Assembly (NCBI GenBank): GCA_030650275.1
Contig: JAUSEK010000008.1
Coordinates: 811 to 64,810, forward strand
Length of the DNA stretch: 64,000 nucleotides
Direction of reading: 5' to 3'
From: Candidatus Omnitrophota bacterium
Lineage (GTDB): Bacteria; Omnitrophota; Gorgyraeia; Zapsychrales; Fredricksoniimonadaceae
Made by a program: the position numbers and the translations under genes. Below are positions 63,956 to 64,000 of the stretch, one piece after another. The notes beneath the pieces are model-generated. The model saw only the letters and a list, made by a program, of their open reading frames with translations, did not search any database and was not told the origin of the DNA. Position 1 is the first letter of the stretch, and every line of letters begins with the position of its first letter.

Positions 63956-64000
63956 AAAGAAATATTGTCATTCCCGAATGTCCCGCCTACGGACGGGATC
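63952..64000 (+). CDS. Partial ORF at window end, beginning with a palindromic repeat
   Basis: ATGA overlap with lepB stop; MKRNIVIPECPAYGRD; only 16 codons visible. Confidence 0.35.
   Translation, partial: MKRNIVIPECPAYGRD

Overview
A 64-kb bacterial chromosomal segment in which every credible gene lies on the + strand. The lineage is probably Candidatus Omnitrophota (OP3/PVC); this is inferred from the large secreted scaffold protein and the repeat content and is not proven. 1-27.6 kb is a large surface-polysaccharide (O-antigen/capsule) locus rich in tailoring enzymes: three radical SAM/SPASM-twitch enzymes, KdsD, a class-III aminotransferase, a kinase plus WbdD-like methyltransferase, further methyltransferases, an amidotransferase, a carbamoyltransferase triad, two gmd copies, fcl, a Per-like aminotransferase, glycosyltransferases and a ligase-like protein. 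27.6-39.8 kb holds pgk-tpiA-secG, a peptide ABC transporter, a GT-C-like/TPR membrane protein, glgC and fabV. 39.8-43.9 kb is an accessory islet: a DUF5678-like/aspartyl-protease pair and a ~1100-aa signal-peptide protein whose AT-rich peptidase cargo is bracketed by D-x-A-M-L motifs. 43.9-64 kb is core housekeeping: smc, cvpA, dnaG, rpoD, aroD, two tRNAs, RNase HI overlapping RNase P RNA, yebC-ruvC-ruvA-scpB, pheA-hisC-aroF-tyrA-cmk, lepA-lepB. The most notable observations are (1) the scaffold+swappable-cargo protein, (2) an SMC with a hinge of only ~60 aa, (3) a duplicated multi-hairpin element directly upstream of each tRNA, (4) an RNase HI reading frame that runs into rnpB, and (5) several families of short palindromes found both between genes and in-frame inside proteins. 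All family assignments come from motif recognition by eye; no database searches were run.
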